The notes under the pieces are model-generated. The model was not told where the DNA came from and searched no databases. It worked only from the letters and a program-made list of their open reading frames with translations. Shown in pieces: positions 1 through 11,950 of a stretch of 64,000 nucleotides of DNA. Position 1 is the stretch's first letter; the number at the start of each line of letters is the position of its first letter. The DNA is from Heterodontus francisci (lineage: Eukaryota), in contig NC_090417.1 in assembly GCF_036365525.1 (NCBI RefSeq), forward strand, positions 310,001 to 374,000. The letters run 5' to 3'. Both the position numbers and the translations under genes were made by a program.

Positions 1-600
1 CACCCCCTCTGCCATTTTCCCTGTCCCTCCTGTCAACTTTATAACCAGGTATATTTAGTTCCCAGTCCCGACCGTCCTGCAGCCACCTCTCCGCAATGGC
101 CACCACATCATAATCTTCCATTTGAATTTGCGCCTGCAGTTCATCTAGTTTATTCCTTACACTCCCTGCATTTGTATATAGAACTCTTATTTGGGCAATA
201 CCCCCTAACCTGTCCCTCAGCACTGATGCTTTATTCGCTTTGTTTATTATTTCTCTCTTCTGGTTTAACCAGTATACTTCTTGCAGTTTGGTAACTAACC
301 TGCACTCCTACCTTCTCCTTTAACTTCCTGTTTTTCCATCCTACACCCCCCCCCCCCAATATTTAGTTTAAAGCCCCACCTACAGCCCTAGTTATGCGAT
401 TCGCCAGGACTCTGGTCCCAGTATGATTCAGGTGGAGCCCGTCCCATCGGAACAGCTCCCTCCTTCCGCAGTACTGGTGCCAATGTCCCACGAATTTGAA
501 CCCATTTCTCCCACACCAATCTTTGAGCCATGCATTTACCTCTTTAATCCTATTGACCCTTTGCCAGTTTGCTTGTGGCTCAGGTAGTAATCCGGAGCTC
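1..600 (-). mobile_element. CR1-clade LINE fragment: ORF1 SGNH-esterase end and start of ORF2 AP endonuclease (truncated by window edge)
   Basis: Minus strand about 540-365 reads VNAWLKDWCGRNGFKFVGHWHQYCGRRELFRWDGLHLNHTGTRVLANRITRAVGGALN* (DGLH esterase motif of CR1 ORF1). About 160-1 reads IRNKLDELQAQIQMEDYDVVAIAERWLQDGRDWELNIPGYKVDRRDRENGRGV, an APE N-terminus. Confidence 0.8.
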
Positions 601-1007
601 CCTCGCCATGCAGGTCCAACACATCGCCTGGCCCTGCATCTCTATTTTATTTAATTAGATTTTAATTTGTTTTTTAAATTTCTGACTGGTCTTTAGTTTC
701 CACCTTTAATCTGAAATCAATTTAGAACATGTAATTCAAATTAGCAGTTACTCAACAACCAATCACCTTGCAGCTTTCCTGTGATGTCACTGTTGACTAT
801 ATTTCAAACCTCCGGCGAACTCTCGCTCTCTCTCCCGGTCTCTTTATGCTCCGGCTCCGCTCTCGCTGTTTCCCACTGTCTGATGTGTGTTAGCAGGCTA
901 TTTGACTGCAATGGGCGGCACACCTGAGCTTCAGCCCCGTCCACCCTCGATGGCCACGCCTGCACTTCCTAGCAGGGAGCAACTTTCCAGTTTGTAGACC
1001 AAGTACT

Positions 1008-1360
1008 AGTAGTCGTTTGGTCGTACAAATCTTGAGTATTGCTGAAAACAGAGACATTTTGTCGAAGTTTTTCATCTTGCACTCATCAGGACAATCCGCA
1101 AGAAGACCAAATGTAAGGGAAAGCAACAAATTTAAGCTGTATGAGAAGAGAGTGCTGATTGGTTGGCGAGTGGACTCTGATTGGTAAGGGCATTGCCTTG
1201 GAGAATGAACCAGCGAATGGCTGTCACTATTTTGTTTAGCTGCAATAGGCACAATGTGTGTACATGTTCTTTCTGTCTGTAAAGAACAGGGCCCTGTGTG
1301 TTAATATATGTAGCTTCTAGTACATGCAAATGTGCCACACTGCGAGCCCTGATGAGTGCA
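1008..1360. mobile_element. Penelope-like element terminal fragment with inverted CCTGATGAGTGCAAGA repeat
   Basis: 16-bp inverted repeat at 1075-1090 and 1348-1363. Direct repeat AGACCAAGTACT at 996-1007 and 1361-1372. Contains a hammerhead-like core. Confidence 0.5.
1059..1094 (-). ncRNA. Degenerate minimal type I hammerhead ribozyme motif
   Basis: Minus strand UUGUC-CUGAUGA-G(UGCAAGA)U-GAAA-AACU-UC-GACAA. Stem I UUGUC/GACAA pairs and the CUGAUGA and GAAA core boxes are intact. Stem II is a single G-U pair and stem III is weak. Confidence 0.5.
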
Positions 1361-1952
1361 AGACCAAGTACTGTTATGCAGGACAAGCTGTGTAAACAGT
1401 TTTTGAAATTAATGTTCCTTCATTCAATATTTTTTTGTTTGCTTTTCCATCAACAAGCAGAAAGTCTGGTTGATTTTTGTTCAGTTTAAGCCTGAGTCCA
1501 GTGTTGAGGGCACTGCCATGGTCCTGACAGATCAACTAGCTCATGAGAAATTGAGCCTGGGCACTTCCAGGTCTCTATGACTCTTGGAGCGGTCTCGATT
1601 TTATCTCTGTGATAATGGGTGGGTTTTGACTGAGTTAAAATCGCACACTTCGTTATATTTTGTCATAAACAGTGGAACATGATGGTAGCGAGCAGTTTGG
1701 ACAGAGGACTGAAGGTTGGGTTTAGAATCTGGATGCAACTTGTCCCAGATTTCTAACACACGCCTGGGATCCAATGCTTTGTTTCATGTTGGAATTGCAG
1801 GATTTGCCTCTTCTTCCACCGGAAATCTTTTGGTGTCTTTCTGGTGCTTCTTCACATTTTCTTCCAACTGTGCTAACCCCAAGTTTTTGTTTAAGCCGAG
1901 AAATCCAGGTAAAGATCCACAATACAGGAGGCTGGCAAGTCTGAGACTAGAA

Positions 1953-2330
1953 GGGGAGACGGTGGCATAGTGGGGATGTCATTGGACTAGTAACCCAGAG
2001 GCCCAGGCTAATGCCCTGGGGGGGACACCACAAGTCCCACCATGGCAGCTGGTAGAATTTAAATTCAATTAATTCACAAAAAAAATCTGGAATTGAAAGC
2101 CAGTCTCAGTAATAGTGCCATGAAACTATCGCCGATTGTTGTAAAAACCCATCTCAGGGAAGGAAATCTGCTGTCCTTACCTGGTCTGGCCTACATGTGA
2201 CTCCAGACCCACAGCATGGTGGTTGACTCCTACCTGGCCAATGAAATGGCCGAGCACGCCACTCCGTTCAAGGGCAATTAGGGATGGGCAATAAATGCTG
2301 GCCTTGCCTGTGATGCTTACATTCCAAGAA
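1953..2330 (+). mobile_element. tRNA-derived shark SINE with LINE-type GGGATGGGCAATAAATGCTGGCC tail
   Basis: A-box-like GGTGGCATAGTGG head. The same body (CTGGTCTGGCCTACATGTGACTCCAGACCC) recurs at about 11600-11950 (+), 20750-21050 (-), 30330-30475 (+) and 53880-54130 (-). Confidence 0.7.
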
Positions 2331-3594
2331 AATATTTTTCCAAAAAAAAAGTAGGAGAGTTGATAAAGTGAATTGGGAAGTAGTTGTTGGAAGATGCTAA
2401 ATGTTGGTTTTCAAGACCTGGTCATCAAGAGGGAAGCCTGAGGGAGGTGAGGAGGTTCACTCTAAGGTGCTTTCAGAGGGTGCTTGATGACACTCGAAGT
2501 CTACTTTCCAGCGGATGTCGCTGGACTTTGCATCTCTCTACCCAAGGGAGTTGAAGCCAAATGTAGCGAAAATCTACCAAGCCAACACAAGAATAACATA
2601 AAACCTGGCGCTTCCTGCTATTTATGTCTCAGCGTCTTGCTGCCCTGTACGGAGTCACTGGGAGAATGTGCAGCCGATTTCCTAATCTATAAATCTACTT
2701 GTATTATCATGGGCAGCCTTGATGTTTCTGCTTTTCTTTTCTCTCTTCGCTCTTTGGAACCATCTGCTTCTTGGGCACCTTTCCTCCGCTCACCGGAAGT
2801 TTTCACGTGCTCGGCCTGTGTCTTTTATCCCTCCTTCTCTGCTTGTCAGCTCTTGGCTCGTCCCCCTGCTTTGTCTCCCCCACCCATCCCCCGCCTCCCA
2901 TTTGCACTCTCCCTTCTGTCTTGCTTGCCCTTTAACCCCGTGCCGGCATGCTTCTCAAAGAGCCTGTTTCCATCCTGTGCTATTCAGCACCCATCTCCCC
3001 CCCTCCCCTTCCCCCCTCCCCGCCCCCGTGCTAGCGTGTCCTGTCAGCTGAAAATTGTGCCTGACAATGTGGCATAAAGCAAGTGGGAAGTGCTTTGTCT
3101 TCCTGACAAAGGAGAAGAGCTTCAACAGTGAGACAGCCTGGGCACTTGCCTGTCTTTGAACGGTGCAAGAAAGAGGAAAAAGACAGCACACGGTGATGTT
3201 AGGGCAGAAAGGGGAAGTCTCAGGATCAGCGGCCAACAACCCTCCCCCCCCCCCCGGGCAATGGTGTTTGTCATTTTCTTTCACCTGAGCTGCGGGAGGA
3301 TGCTGTCAAACATTTCCCTTGTCCCCGTGTGCTCCACAACCGGTTCTCTTTCTCAGTTTCAAGGGCAGAGAAATGTTCCTTTATCGCCCCTCTTTATGTG
3401 TGAGCTTGGGGAATGGAAGGGGCTGTTGTGAGCCCCAGGGCAGATGTTTCCTCCGACATTCCCAAGGAAGTGCGCTGCGGTCGGACCTGGGTGGGTGGGA
3501 ATGGGGGCAGTACCTTCCTCGTCCCCCCCCCAAAACATCCTAAAAAGAGAGGTAGAGACAAATGAATTCCGAGCTCCTGAATGTCAATTTCATA

Positions 3595-5025
3595 CAAACA
3601 TACAAACATGCATACGGACAAATGAATTAGGAGCAGGCCACTCGGCCCATCAAGCCTGCTCCGCCATTCAATAAGATCATGGCTGATCTGATTATAATCT
3701 CAACTCCACATTCCCACCTATCCCCAATAACCTTTCCCCCGTCCCCCCACCCCCCACCCTTGCTTATCAAGAATCTATCTACCTCTGCCTTAAAAATATT
3801 CAAAGACTCTGCTTCCACTGCCTTTTGAGGAAGAGAATTCCAAAGGCTCACCACCCCCAGAGAGAGAAAATTTCTCCTCATCTCTGTCTTAAATGGGCAA
3901 CCCCTTATTTTTAAACAGTGACCCCTAGTTCTAGATTCTCCCACAAGGGGAAACATCCTTTCCACATCCGCCCTGTCAAGATCCCTCAGAATATTGTTTC
4001 AATCAAGTCACCTCTTACTCTTCTAAACTCCAGCGGATACAAGTCCAGCCTGTCCAACCTTTCCTCATAAGACAACCTGCCCATTCCAGGTATTCGTCCA
4101 GTAAACCTTTTCTGAACTGCTTCCAACACATTTACATCCTTTCTTAAATAAGGAGACCAGTACTGTCCACAGTACTCCAGATGTAGTCTCACCAATGCCC
4201 TGTATAGCTGAAGCATAACCTCCCTACTTTTATATTCAATTCCCCTCGCAATAAATGATAACATTCTATTAGCTTTCCTCATTACTTGCTGTACCTGCAT
4301 ACTAACCTTTTGCGATTCATGCACTAGGACACCCCAGATCCCTCTGCATCCCAGAGCTCTGCAATCTCTCACCATTTGAGTAGATTAGGATTATTTTCAT
4401 TAGAAAGACGGAGGTTGAGGGGGGACCTGATTGAGGTGTACAAAATCATGAGAGGTATAGACAGGGTGGATAGCAAGAGGCTTTTTCCCAGAGTGGGGGA
4501 TTCAATTACTAGAGGACACGAGTTCAAAGTGAAAGGGGAAAAGTTTAGGGGGGATATGCGTGGAAAGCTCTTTACGCAGAGGGTGGTGGGTGCCTGGAAC
4601 GCGTTGCCAGCGGAGGTGGTAGATGCGGGCACGATGGCGTCTTTTAAGATGTATCTAGACAGATACATGAATGGGCAGGAAGAAAAGAGATACAGACCCT
4701 TAGAAAATAGGCGACATGTTTAGATAGAGGATCTGGATCGGCGCAGGCTTGGAGGGCCGAAGGGCCTGTTCCTGTGCTGTAATTTTCTTTTTCTTTGTTC
4801 ATTTTGATAATATGCTTCTTTTTTACTCTTCCTGCCAAAGTGGGCAATTTCACATTTTCCCGCATTATACTCCATTTGCCAGATCTTTGCCCACTCACTT
4901 AACCTATCCATATCCCTTTGTAGCCTCCTTATGTCCTCTTCACAACTTACTTTCTTACCTAACTTTGCGTCATCAGCAAATTTAGCAAGCATAATCCCTT
5001 AATCCAAGTCATTGATATAAATTAT
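3595..5025 (-). mobile_element. CR1 LINE 3' portion (RT C-terminus and 3' UTR), interrupted by a nested insertion
   Basis: ORF pieces KFADDAKLG, YRALVRLHLEYCGQYWSPYLRKD and SRTRGHCLKIRG are typical CR1 ORF2 C-terminus. Confidence 0.85.
4378..4799 (+). mobile_element. 5'-truncated CR1 copy nested in the opposite-strand CR1
   Basis: Reads RLGLFSLERRRLRGDLIEVYKIMRG, ends with GGGCCGAAGGGCCTGTTCCTGTGCTGT plus a simple tail, and is flanked by CATTT at 4373-4377 and 4800-4804. Confidence 0.8.
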
Positions 5026-6504
5026 TCACTTCTATAATTTCATCTCTCAGGCACCTCCGTTTAAGCCAGCCCTTGCTCAGTCCTCAGTGCTGTGGCAGCA
5101 GCCTGTGGCTCTTCTCTCCAGTACTTCAATCCCCTTGCACCTCGGCGGGCAGGAGTCAAGGCTGTAACAATGCACACGAGGAGTGGCCTGCCTCCCGGCA
5201 GCCAGGCGCGGCTTGGATTTTTAAAAGCCCCGCAGATGTCAGCAGAAATGGCGGACTGAGGGATTTTTGAGGAGCCCCCGGGTTTGACAGCCCTGGGAAG
5301 CAATGAGTTGTCGCACGAGGCGGAGCGAGGGGTTTTGATACCGGTCAGCAGCGGAAATGGGAAAGGTCGCCCCGGCCAGCGCCTGAGGTGGGGGGGGGCT
5401 GGGGGGGGGGGGGGGGGTGGTGGTGCCACCCACCTCCGCTTAATGCTGTGTCCTGTTTACATTGCAAGGATCGGCAAGAGAAATGGGGAGTGGGGGGCAG
5501 TGAGAAACAGGTTTTGTTACCAAGAGAGGGGACCAAAAAAAGAGATGAACCTTGTTACATGACCTTTAACCCCGGAAGGGGGGGGTGGTTAAAGGTCTAA
5601 ATGCCAGCGCCTAATAAAGCTTTATCCACTTGAGCTGCACAATTGTATAAATCAATCGGATAATGAAAAGCTCCGAGTAAACATTGACACTACAATCTGG
5701 TTGTTTTTCAGCTTCCTCTGGGCTTTTTTCTCGTGCTTGACCTGTTCCTAAGATGGTTATTGATTCTGGCCTGTGATACAAGGACTGGGGAAAACACAGG
5801 CCAATTCATCACCGTGTGCTTCTGACTGACCCTCTTTGCAGTGTTAGCCCTTCACAACAAATTCCTTTCGGAAGCTGTTATTAATCTGCGTGGAAAAGTT
5901 AGATACACTTGAACTGTGCTGTGCTCCCTTCTCCCTCCAGTGACACGCTGCTTCCTGACTCGATGCTGATAATTTATGGGATTCGCTGGGTCCACTGACA
6001 AACTATTTACAGCAAAATTAGTTTTTTTTTTTGCTCGCGATTCCTCCTGCGGGAATCAGCGAAGGTAAAGATCCTCGCAGAAGGTCCCCCTGTGCAAGAT
6101 TTCCATTATTCATATCGGTGCTTAAGACAAATGAGCTGAATTAATGCAGTCAGGGACAGGCAGGACGAGCTGCGAGGCAACCATTCAGAACAGAGGAGAG
6201 GTGTATCAGCAACAGCCCTTCCTGCGCCTTCAGGAAGGAGAGAACAGGGATCGCCCTCCCCACTTTCACTTTGTTACACTAAGCCACTGTAACCTTTGTC
6301 AATGTGACTCCTGCCATGGCTGTGATTTAATGCCACATCTTCCACTGGGATTGTCCCCATCCCGTGTAGGATAGTCTCCATTCTGTTTATATTATAACGG
6401 AGTGAAGAGCGACAGGGAATGAGAACATCGTGTTTTCCAGGACGTCGCAGAAGAAAACGAAACCTGGCCTGAGTACGATGCGAAGCAGGGGGTCTGGGTG
6501 GGTG

Positions 6505-6862
6505 GGTGTCGGTTAGCACCGCAGCCTCACAGCTCCGGCCGACACGGGTTCGGTTCTGGGTACTGCCTGTGCGGAGTTCGCAAGTTCTGCCTGGGACCGT
6601 GCGGGTTTCCTCCGGGTGCTCCGGTTTCCTCCCACACGCCAAAGACGTGCAGGTTGATAGGTAAATTGGCCGTTGTCTAAAAAAACAAAATTTGCCTCTA
6701 GTGTAGGTAGGTGGTAGGAGAATTGAAGAAAGGTGGGGATGTGAGAGGGAAATGGGATTAATGCAGGATTGGTATAAATGGGGGGGGGGGCGGGTTTGAT
6801 GGTTAGCATGGATTTGTTGGGCTAAAGGGCCTGTTTCAGTGCTGTATCTCTCTATAAAAAAA
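6505..6862 (+). mobile_element. HE1-like (V-SINE) tRNA-derived SINE
   Basis: GGTTAGCACCGCAGCCTCACAGCTCC head, GGGTGCTCCGGTTTCCTCCCACA core and CR1-type tail. Homologous to 39833-40160 and 55147-55470. Confidence 0.75.
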
Positions 6863-7464
6863 ATGCATAGAGAGAGCAGGACAGAGAGAACATCAATCCT
6901 ACAGGTGGGATGTTGTTGAGCCCCATAGCCTTTGCAGTATGCAGTGCCTTCGGCTGTTTTGTGATAGCACACAGGGTGAATCAAACTGCCTGAAAACTGG
7001 CATCTTGTGATGGTGGGGACCTCAGCAGGAGGCCAAGATGGATCAGTCACTTAGCATCACCGGCTGAAGATGGATGCAAAAGCTTCATCCCTGTCTTTTG
7101 CACTGACAATCTGGGCTCCCCCATCGCTGAGGATTTGTGGAGCCTCCTCCTCCACTTGGTGGTGCTGAGAGCTCGGAGCACCTCATGGATGCTCAGCCGT
7201 GAGCTGCTGGATCCTTTCTGAGTCCATCCCATTTCGCTCAGTTGTTTGACTAGTCTGTGGGACAGCTCTCCCAACTTTGGCACAAGCCCCCAGGTGTTAG
7301 GAAGGAAGACTTTGCAGGGTCAATCGGATGGAGTGTGTCTGTTGTTTTCAGTGCCTAGGTTGAAGCCTGGTGGTCCATCCAGATTCATTCTTATTTAGCT
7401 CATGTTCAAGTTGGGAGGACAGAGAGAAAAGGTTCTCAAAAGGAGTAGCACGTGGTTAGAGCGG

Positions 7465-8371
7465 TGTTATGGTGAGGGGAGTGGGTGGTCCCAATTGTTC
7501 AACTTCCAACTGGCCGCAGCAAGTGTTTACATAACTCGGGTTTTAACCCCCTTTGCGTTTTATTTGTTAAATAAACAAGATAGTGACATGTTTTCTTGTA
7601 AGTTTCAAACAGAAAATTAACTAATTATTGAGCAAATATTCACTCACAAAATGGATTGTAACCACATCCACACACACATTCACTCATGCACGCGCACAAA
7701 CACACACACATACACACACACACACACACAAGAGATAGATAGAGAGCGAAAGAGGTAAGTTTGCAGTGAGGTAGGTTTTTGGCATTTATGGTAACCCTGT
7801 TGGATCTTCTCGGAGGTCAATTTCTCTTTAAAGTTGCAGGCCTGGGATGTTTGTAGATTTCTCTGTTGGTTCAAATTTCAGCCTGAAGACAGGGGATCAC
7901 TTTCAGTTCTCTGATGCACAGGTCGAAGTTCAGAACTCACAGCAGGACACCTTCTTGCTGGATTTCTCCCAGTTCTCGGCTGGACATGCTTTCTACAGAG
8001 AGCTATTTTTAAGGTCAAAATGGCCACACATCTTGCCTCTGTTGAGAGTCAGAGAATTTCCCCCTGTGGTGACCGACAATGGCCCAAGATGTTGCTGCTT
8101 CACATCTTCTTTGTTTCAGAAGAACCCGTTCAATTCAAACATGTCTCTTGATGGGTTTGGGATGGGTATAATTGACACCTCTTAACTTGGAATGTCTCCT
8201 TTTGTTCTTACCAGACAGTAAGACAGTTGAAATGCGCAAGGCCAGGTCTTTTAATCTTCGGCAGCCACTTTTTCCAGCACATTTTCTGCATTTTAAAACA
8301 AAAGTCCATTTTTAGAACTCTTCGGTTTGAGTTCTGTAATTTCAATCACTGCACTTCACATAAGGGTAACA
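7465..8371. mobile_element. Probable solo LTR
   Basis: TGTTA...TAACA inverted termini, flanks GCGG/GCAG (4-bp TSD with one mismatch), internal (CA)n tract, about 0.9 kb, no coding signal. Confidence 0.5.
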
Positions 8372-9974
8372 GCAGAGAGAGGGCAGAGATGGCAAGGGAA
8401 CTGGGGAGCAGAGCATGGAGAGAGGATGTGGTATGGGTGGGAGGGGAGGAGAGGATGGGGAGGGCAGAGGATGAGGAGCCAGCAACAGGGTGAGCAAAGC
8501 ACAGGGAGAGCCCACGGGTCAAGCAGACTCTGGAGGAGCACAGAGTGATACAAATATAATGGGATGCGGGGAATGTGATCCAGGTCTAAATAGTGCGGGA
8601 GAAAATGGATCGCAAACTCCAAATCCCCCACACTGTCTTTCATAAGACAGGGATCGCGTTCTCCCTGTTCCCCCAATCCCGCTTTTAGGAGTGAACGGCA
8701 GGGAGGTGACCCGTCGGAAAACGTCTGGCACTGCAGGTGGCATCATCGGGCTGGATGAATTTGGAACGCTAGCACACTGTCACTGATCACTCTCACTGTT
8801 TACTTTGTGACTCCGCCCCAATATTCCAGCCCATAAACCGGAAAACAATGAAGCAATCCATGATCCACACACACTGTCCATCTGTCTTATATTCCCGATT
8901 TTACTTGGAGATTCTTTATCCTGTGTACGTTACAAAACTCAGTATTCTTGAGATATTCCCTGGCCTGCCTCTACAATAAATAATCCCTGTTTTATTTGGT
9001 CTTCCTATGTCCTACTGGGATCTTGCATCTCGATGTTATCAGTTTGTTTCTCTCCTTCTGCTCGTGCAACAGTTTTTTTTTTAACTTTGCATTTATATAG
9101 CACCTTCCACGACCACCGGACTTCCTTTACGGTCTATGAAGTACTTTTGGAGTGCAGCAAATTTGTGCACAGCAAGCCCCCACGTGATAATGACCAGATT
9201 AAGTGTTTTCGTTATGTCGGTTGAGAAACCCATGCGGTCCGGACACTGAGGAGCTTCGGTGGACAGCCATTTTTTCCCAAAATCTTGTAGAGCCCTGTGC
9301 TGCCGATGGTGTTGAATGCCTTAGTAAGATCAACAAATGTAAGGTAAAGGGGTATAGAGTCCCATTAACCAACCCACGCCCCCACCCCCTGGATTTGGCT
9401 TGGAAACAAGTCTTACTAAAAGGCACCTGTCTGTGCATAATCACCCAGCAGGGGTTGTTTTTGACTTGGGGAGATGTTTACAAAGAAGTGACAGGCCAAG
9501 ATTTATAGAGGTCGGGAGGCTTGACTTCTAAAACGGTTTTAGTTTCAGTTTGAACTGTTACAACAGCCAGGTGGTTTTTGCCTGCCAAAGAAGACCCAGC
9601 TCTATCTCTCTCTTGAGAAGAAATCCTGCATTTCCAGTGTGTCAGATTCCTAATTCCTCCTGTAATTGAAGAAACCCTGCATATTGAATGTGTGGGAACT
9701 GAAACCCTTACTGTTGCATTTCTGCCGGAAGATCTATCTGAAGCCTCTGCAGCTGCATTTCTTGGAAAGCCTACCCAAACCGATCTTCAACATCGCCTGG
9801 AAAGAACTGTTCTCAGAAGATCCCAGTGACAGCCGTCTATACGCATTTGGGACGCCAAACCAAAACAAAGGACATCTTTCCACACCTTCTTTTCAGCCTA
9901 AGTGGGTTTTTTTCTCTCTTCTGTTTTCTTTGTAATAGATTTAAACAAAAATCCCTTTTATTTTCCCGGTTACC

Positions 9975-10572
9975 AATGTGTGTGTGTGTTTGTTTGTGTG
10001 TCTGTTGTGTTGTGTGACTGTATGTGTGTGTGTCTGCATGTATGTGTCTGTTTGTGTGACTGTGTGTGTGTGTCTGCGTGTGTGACTGTGTGTCTGTCAG
10101 TCTGTGTGTGTTGTGTCTGGGTGTGTGTGGCTGTATGTGTGTCTGTGTGTATGTGTGTCTGGGTGCGTGTGTCTGTGTGTGTGAGACTGTGTGTCTGTCA
10201 ATCTGTGTGTGTGTGTCTGTTTGTGTGTCTGTGTGTGAGACTGTGTGTCTGCCAATCTGTGTGTGTCTGTCTATTTGTGTGTATCTGTTTGTATGCCTGC
10301 GTGTGTGTATCTGTTTGTATGTCTGTGTGTGTGTCTGTGTGTGTGTGTCTGTTTGTGTGTGTCTGTTTGTATGTCTGTGTGTGTCTGTTTGTATATCTGT
10401 GTATGTGTATCTGTTTGTATGTCTGTGTCTGTTTGTGTGTGTATCTGTTTGTATGTCTGTGTGTGTGTATCTGTCTGTATGTCTGTTTGTGCGTGCGTGT
10501 GTGGGTCTGTGTCTGTTTGTATGTCTGTGTCTGTTTGTGTGTGTGTCTGTTTGCATGTGTGTGTGTGTGTAT
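9975..10572. repeat. Compound (TG)n/TGTC/TGTA microsatellite
   Basis: About 600 bp of degenerate TG repeats. Generates the spurious CV-rich and HT-rich ORFs. Confidence 0.95.
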
Positions 10573-11597
10573 GTTGCCATCAGGCAGTCCTGTGCTCGAC
10601 CGGCTGAATCCACTCTATAAATAACCTTCTTAATCAAAGTAACGCCGAAACCAGACAATCAGCTACTTGCTCGGAACCGTCGCCAGGGAGAAATCATAAA
10701 GAGCAGCAGCAAAAGGCCGCGTCTGGAAACACCACCGTTCCTGGCTGTTCCACACACGAACAGGCCCATGCCTCTCCGGGACACAGGCGGCTGGTGTTTT
10801 CCTAGTTCCCAATTTTCTGTCCTCTATGGATGAAGATTGCCAAGTTGCTCTAACTGAGCGGCTCGCTGGGCCACTTCCGAGGAGAATCAAACGTCAACTA
10901 CTTTGGTGTGGGATTGGAGTCACACGTAGGCCAGACCGGGTAAGGAAAGCAGATTTCCTTCCCGAATGGGCATCAGTGATGGGTTTTTATGACAATGCCA
11001 CAGCAAGGGCAGGTTTGCTGATCCAAGCTTTTTGTTTCCAGACCGAATTCAACTTCTCAACTTGCTTGCTGGATATTTCTGTATATCTGATTTATCTCAG
11101 AGCAATGCAGAAAAGGCACTAATCCTGAATCAACTAGTTTATTTACAGTACTTTAAAATATCTCAGCACACACCAGATTTCAGTACATTGTATCTCAGAA
11201 CACTCTTTTAATGCCAAAGGGATCAAGGGATATGGGGAGAAAGCAGGAACAGGGTACTGAATTAGACCATCTGCCATGATCTTTTTTGAATGGCGGAGCA
11301 GGCCCAAAGGGCCGAGTGGCCTACTCCTGCTCCTATTTTCTATGTTTCTATGTTACTCGAACATTCCAGCATCTGGTTTCAGTTTCATCAACTCTAGGCT
11401 TGAGCAATTAAGCACAGTGAACATTGTTCAAAGAATAGACGAATACAATCAAACTCAGATCAATCCGCCCACTGAACGTGACACGTGTTCTCTGGATTAC
11501 TAGTCAATAACATAACCCACGCTACATTATCACAAATGTGATAGTGACTGATTTTGGTTGCTGTCCGTGCACTATCTAATCTTATTCACTTCCCTCG

Positions 11598-11950
11598 GGG
11601 GAGGTGGTAACGTCACTGGACTAGTGATCCAGAGGCCTAGGCTAATGCGCTGGGGGCATGGATTCAAATCCCACCACAGCAGCTGGTGAAACTTAATTAA
11701 TAAATCTGGATTTTTTTTTAAAAAACAGCTAGTCTAATGGTGACCATGAAACTATTGTCGATTGTTGTCAAAACTCCATCTGGTTCACTACTGTCCTTTA
11801 GGGGAGGAAATCTGCTGTCCTGACATGGTCTGGCCTACATGTGACTCCAGACCCACTCTGAAATGGCCGAGCAAGCCAATCAATCCAAGGGCAATTCGGG
11901 ATGGGCAATAAATGCTGGCCTAGCCAGCGACGCCCACATCCCATGAATGA
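11598..11950 (+). mobile_element. SINE, same family as 1953-2330
   Basis: GATTCAAATCCC B-box-like motif, shared body and GGGATGGGCAATAAATGCTGGCC tail. Confidence 0.7.

Noticed and set aside
5388-5422. Long G runs (also about 22320, 28556, 28700) as G-quadruplex elements
   Set aside because: Homopolymer runs are common throughout the window, their lengths are unreliable, and no functional context is evident.
9837-10658. CV-rich and HT-rich ORFs
   Set aside because: Microsatellite translation artefacts.
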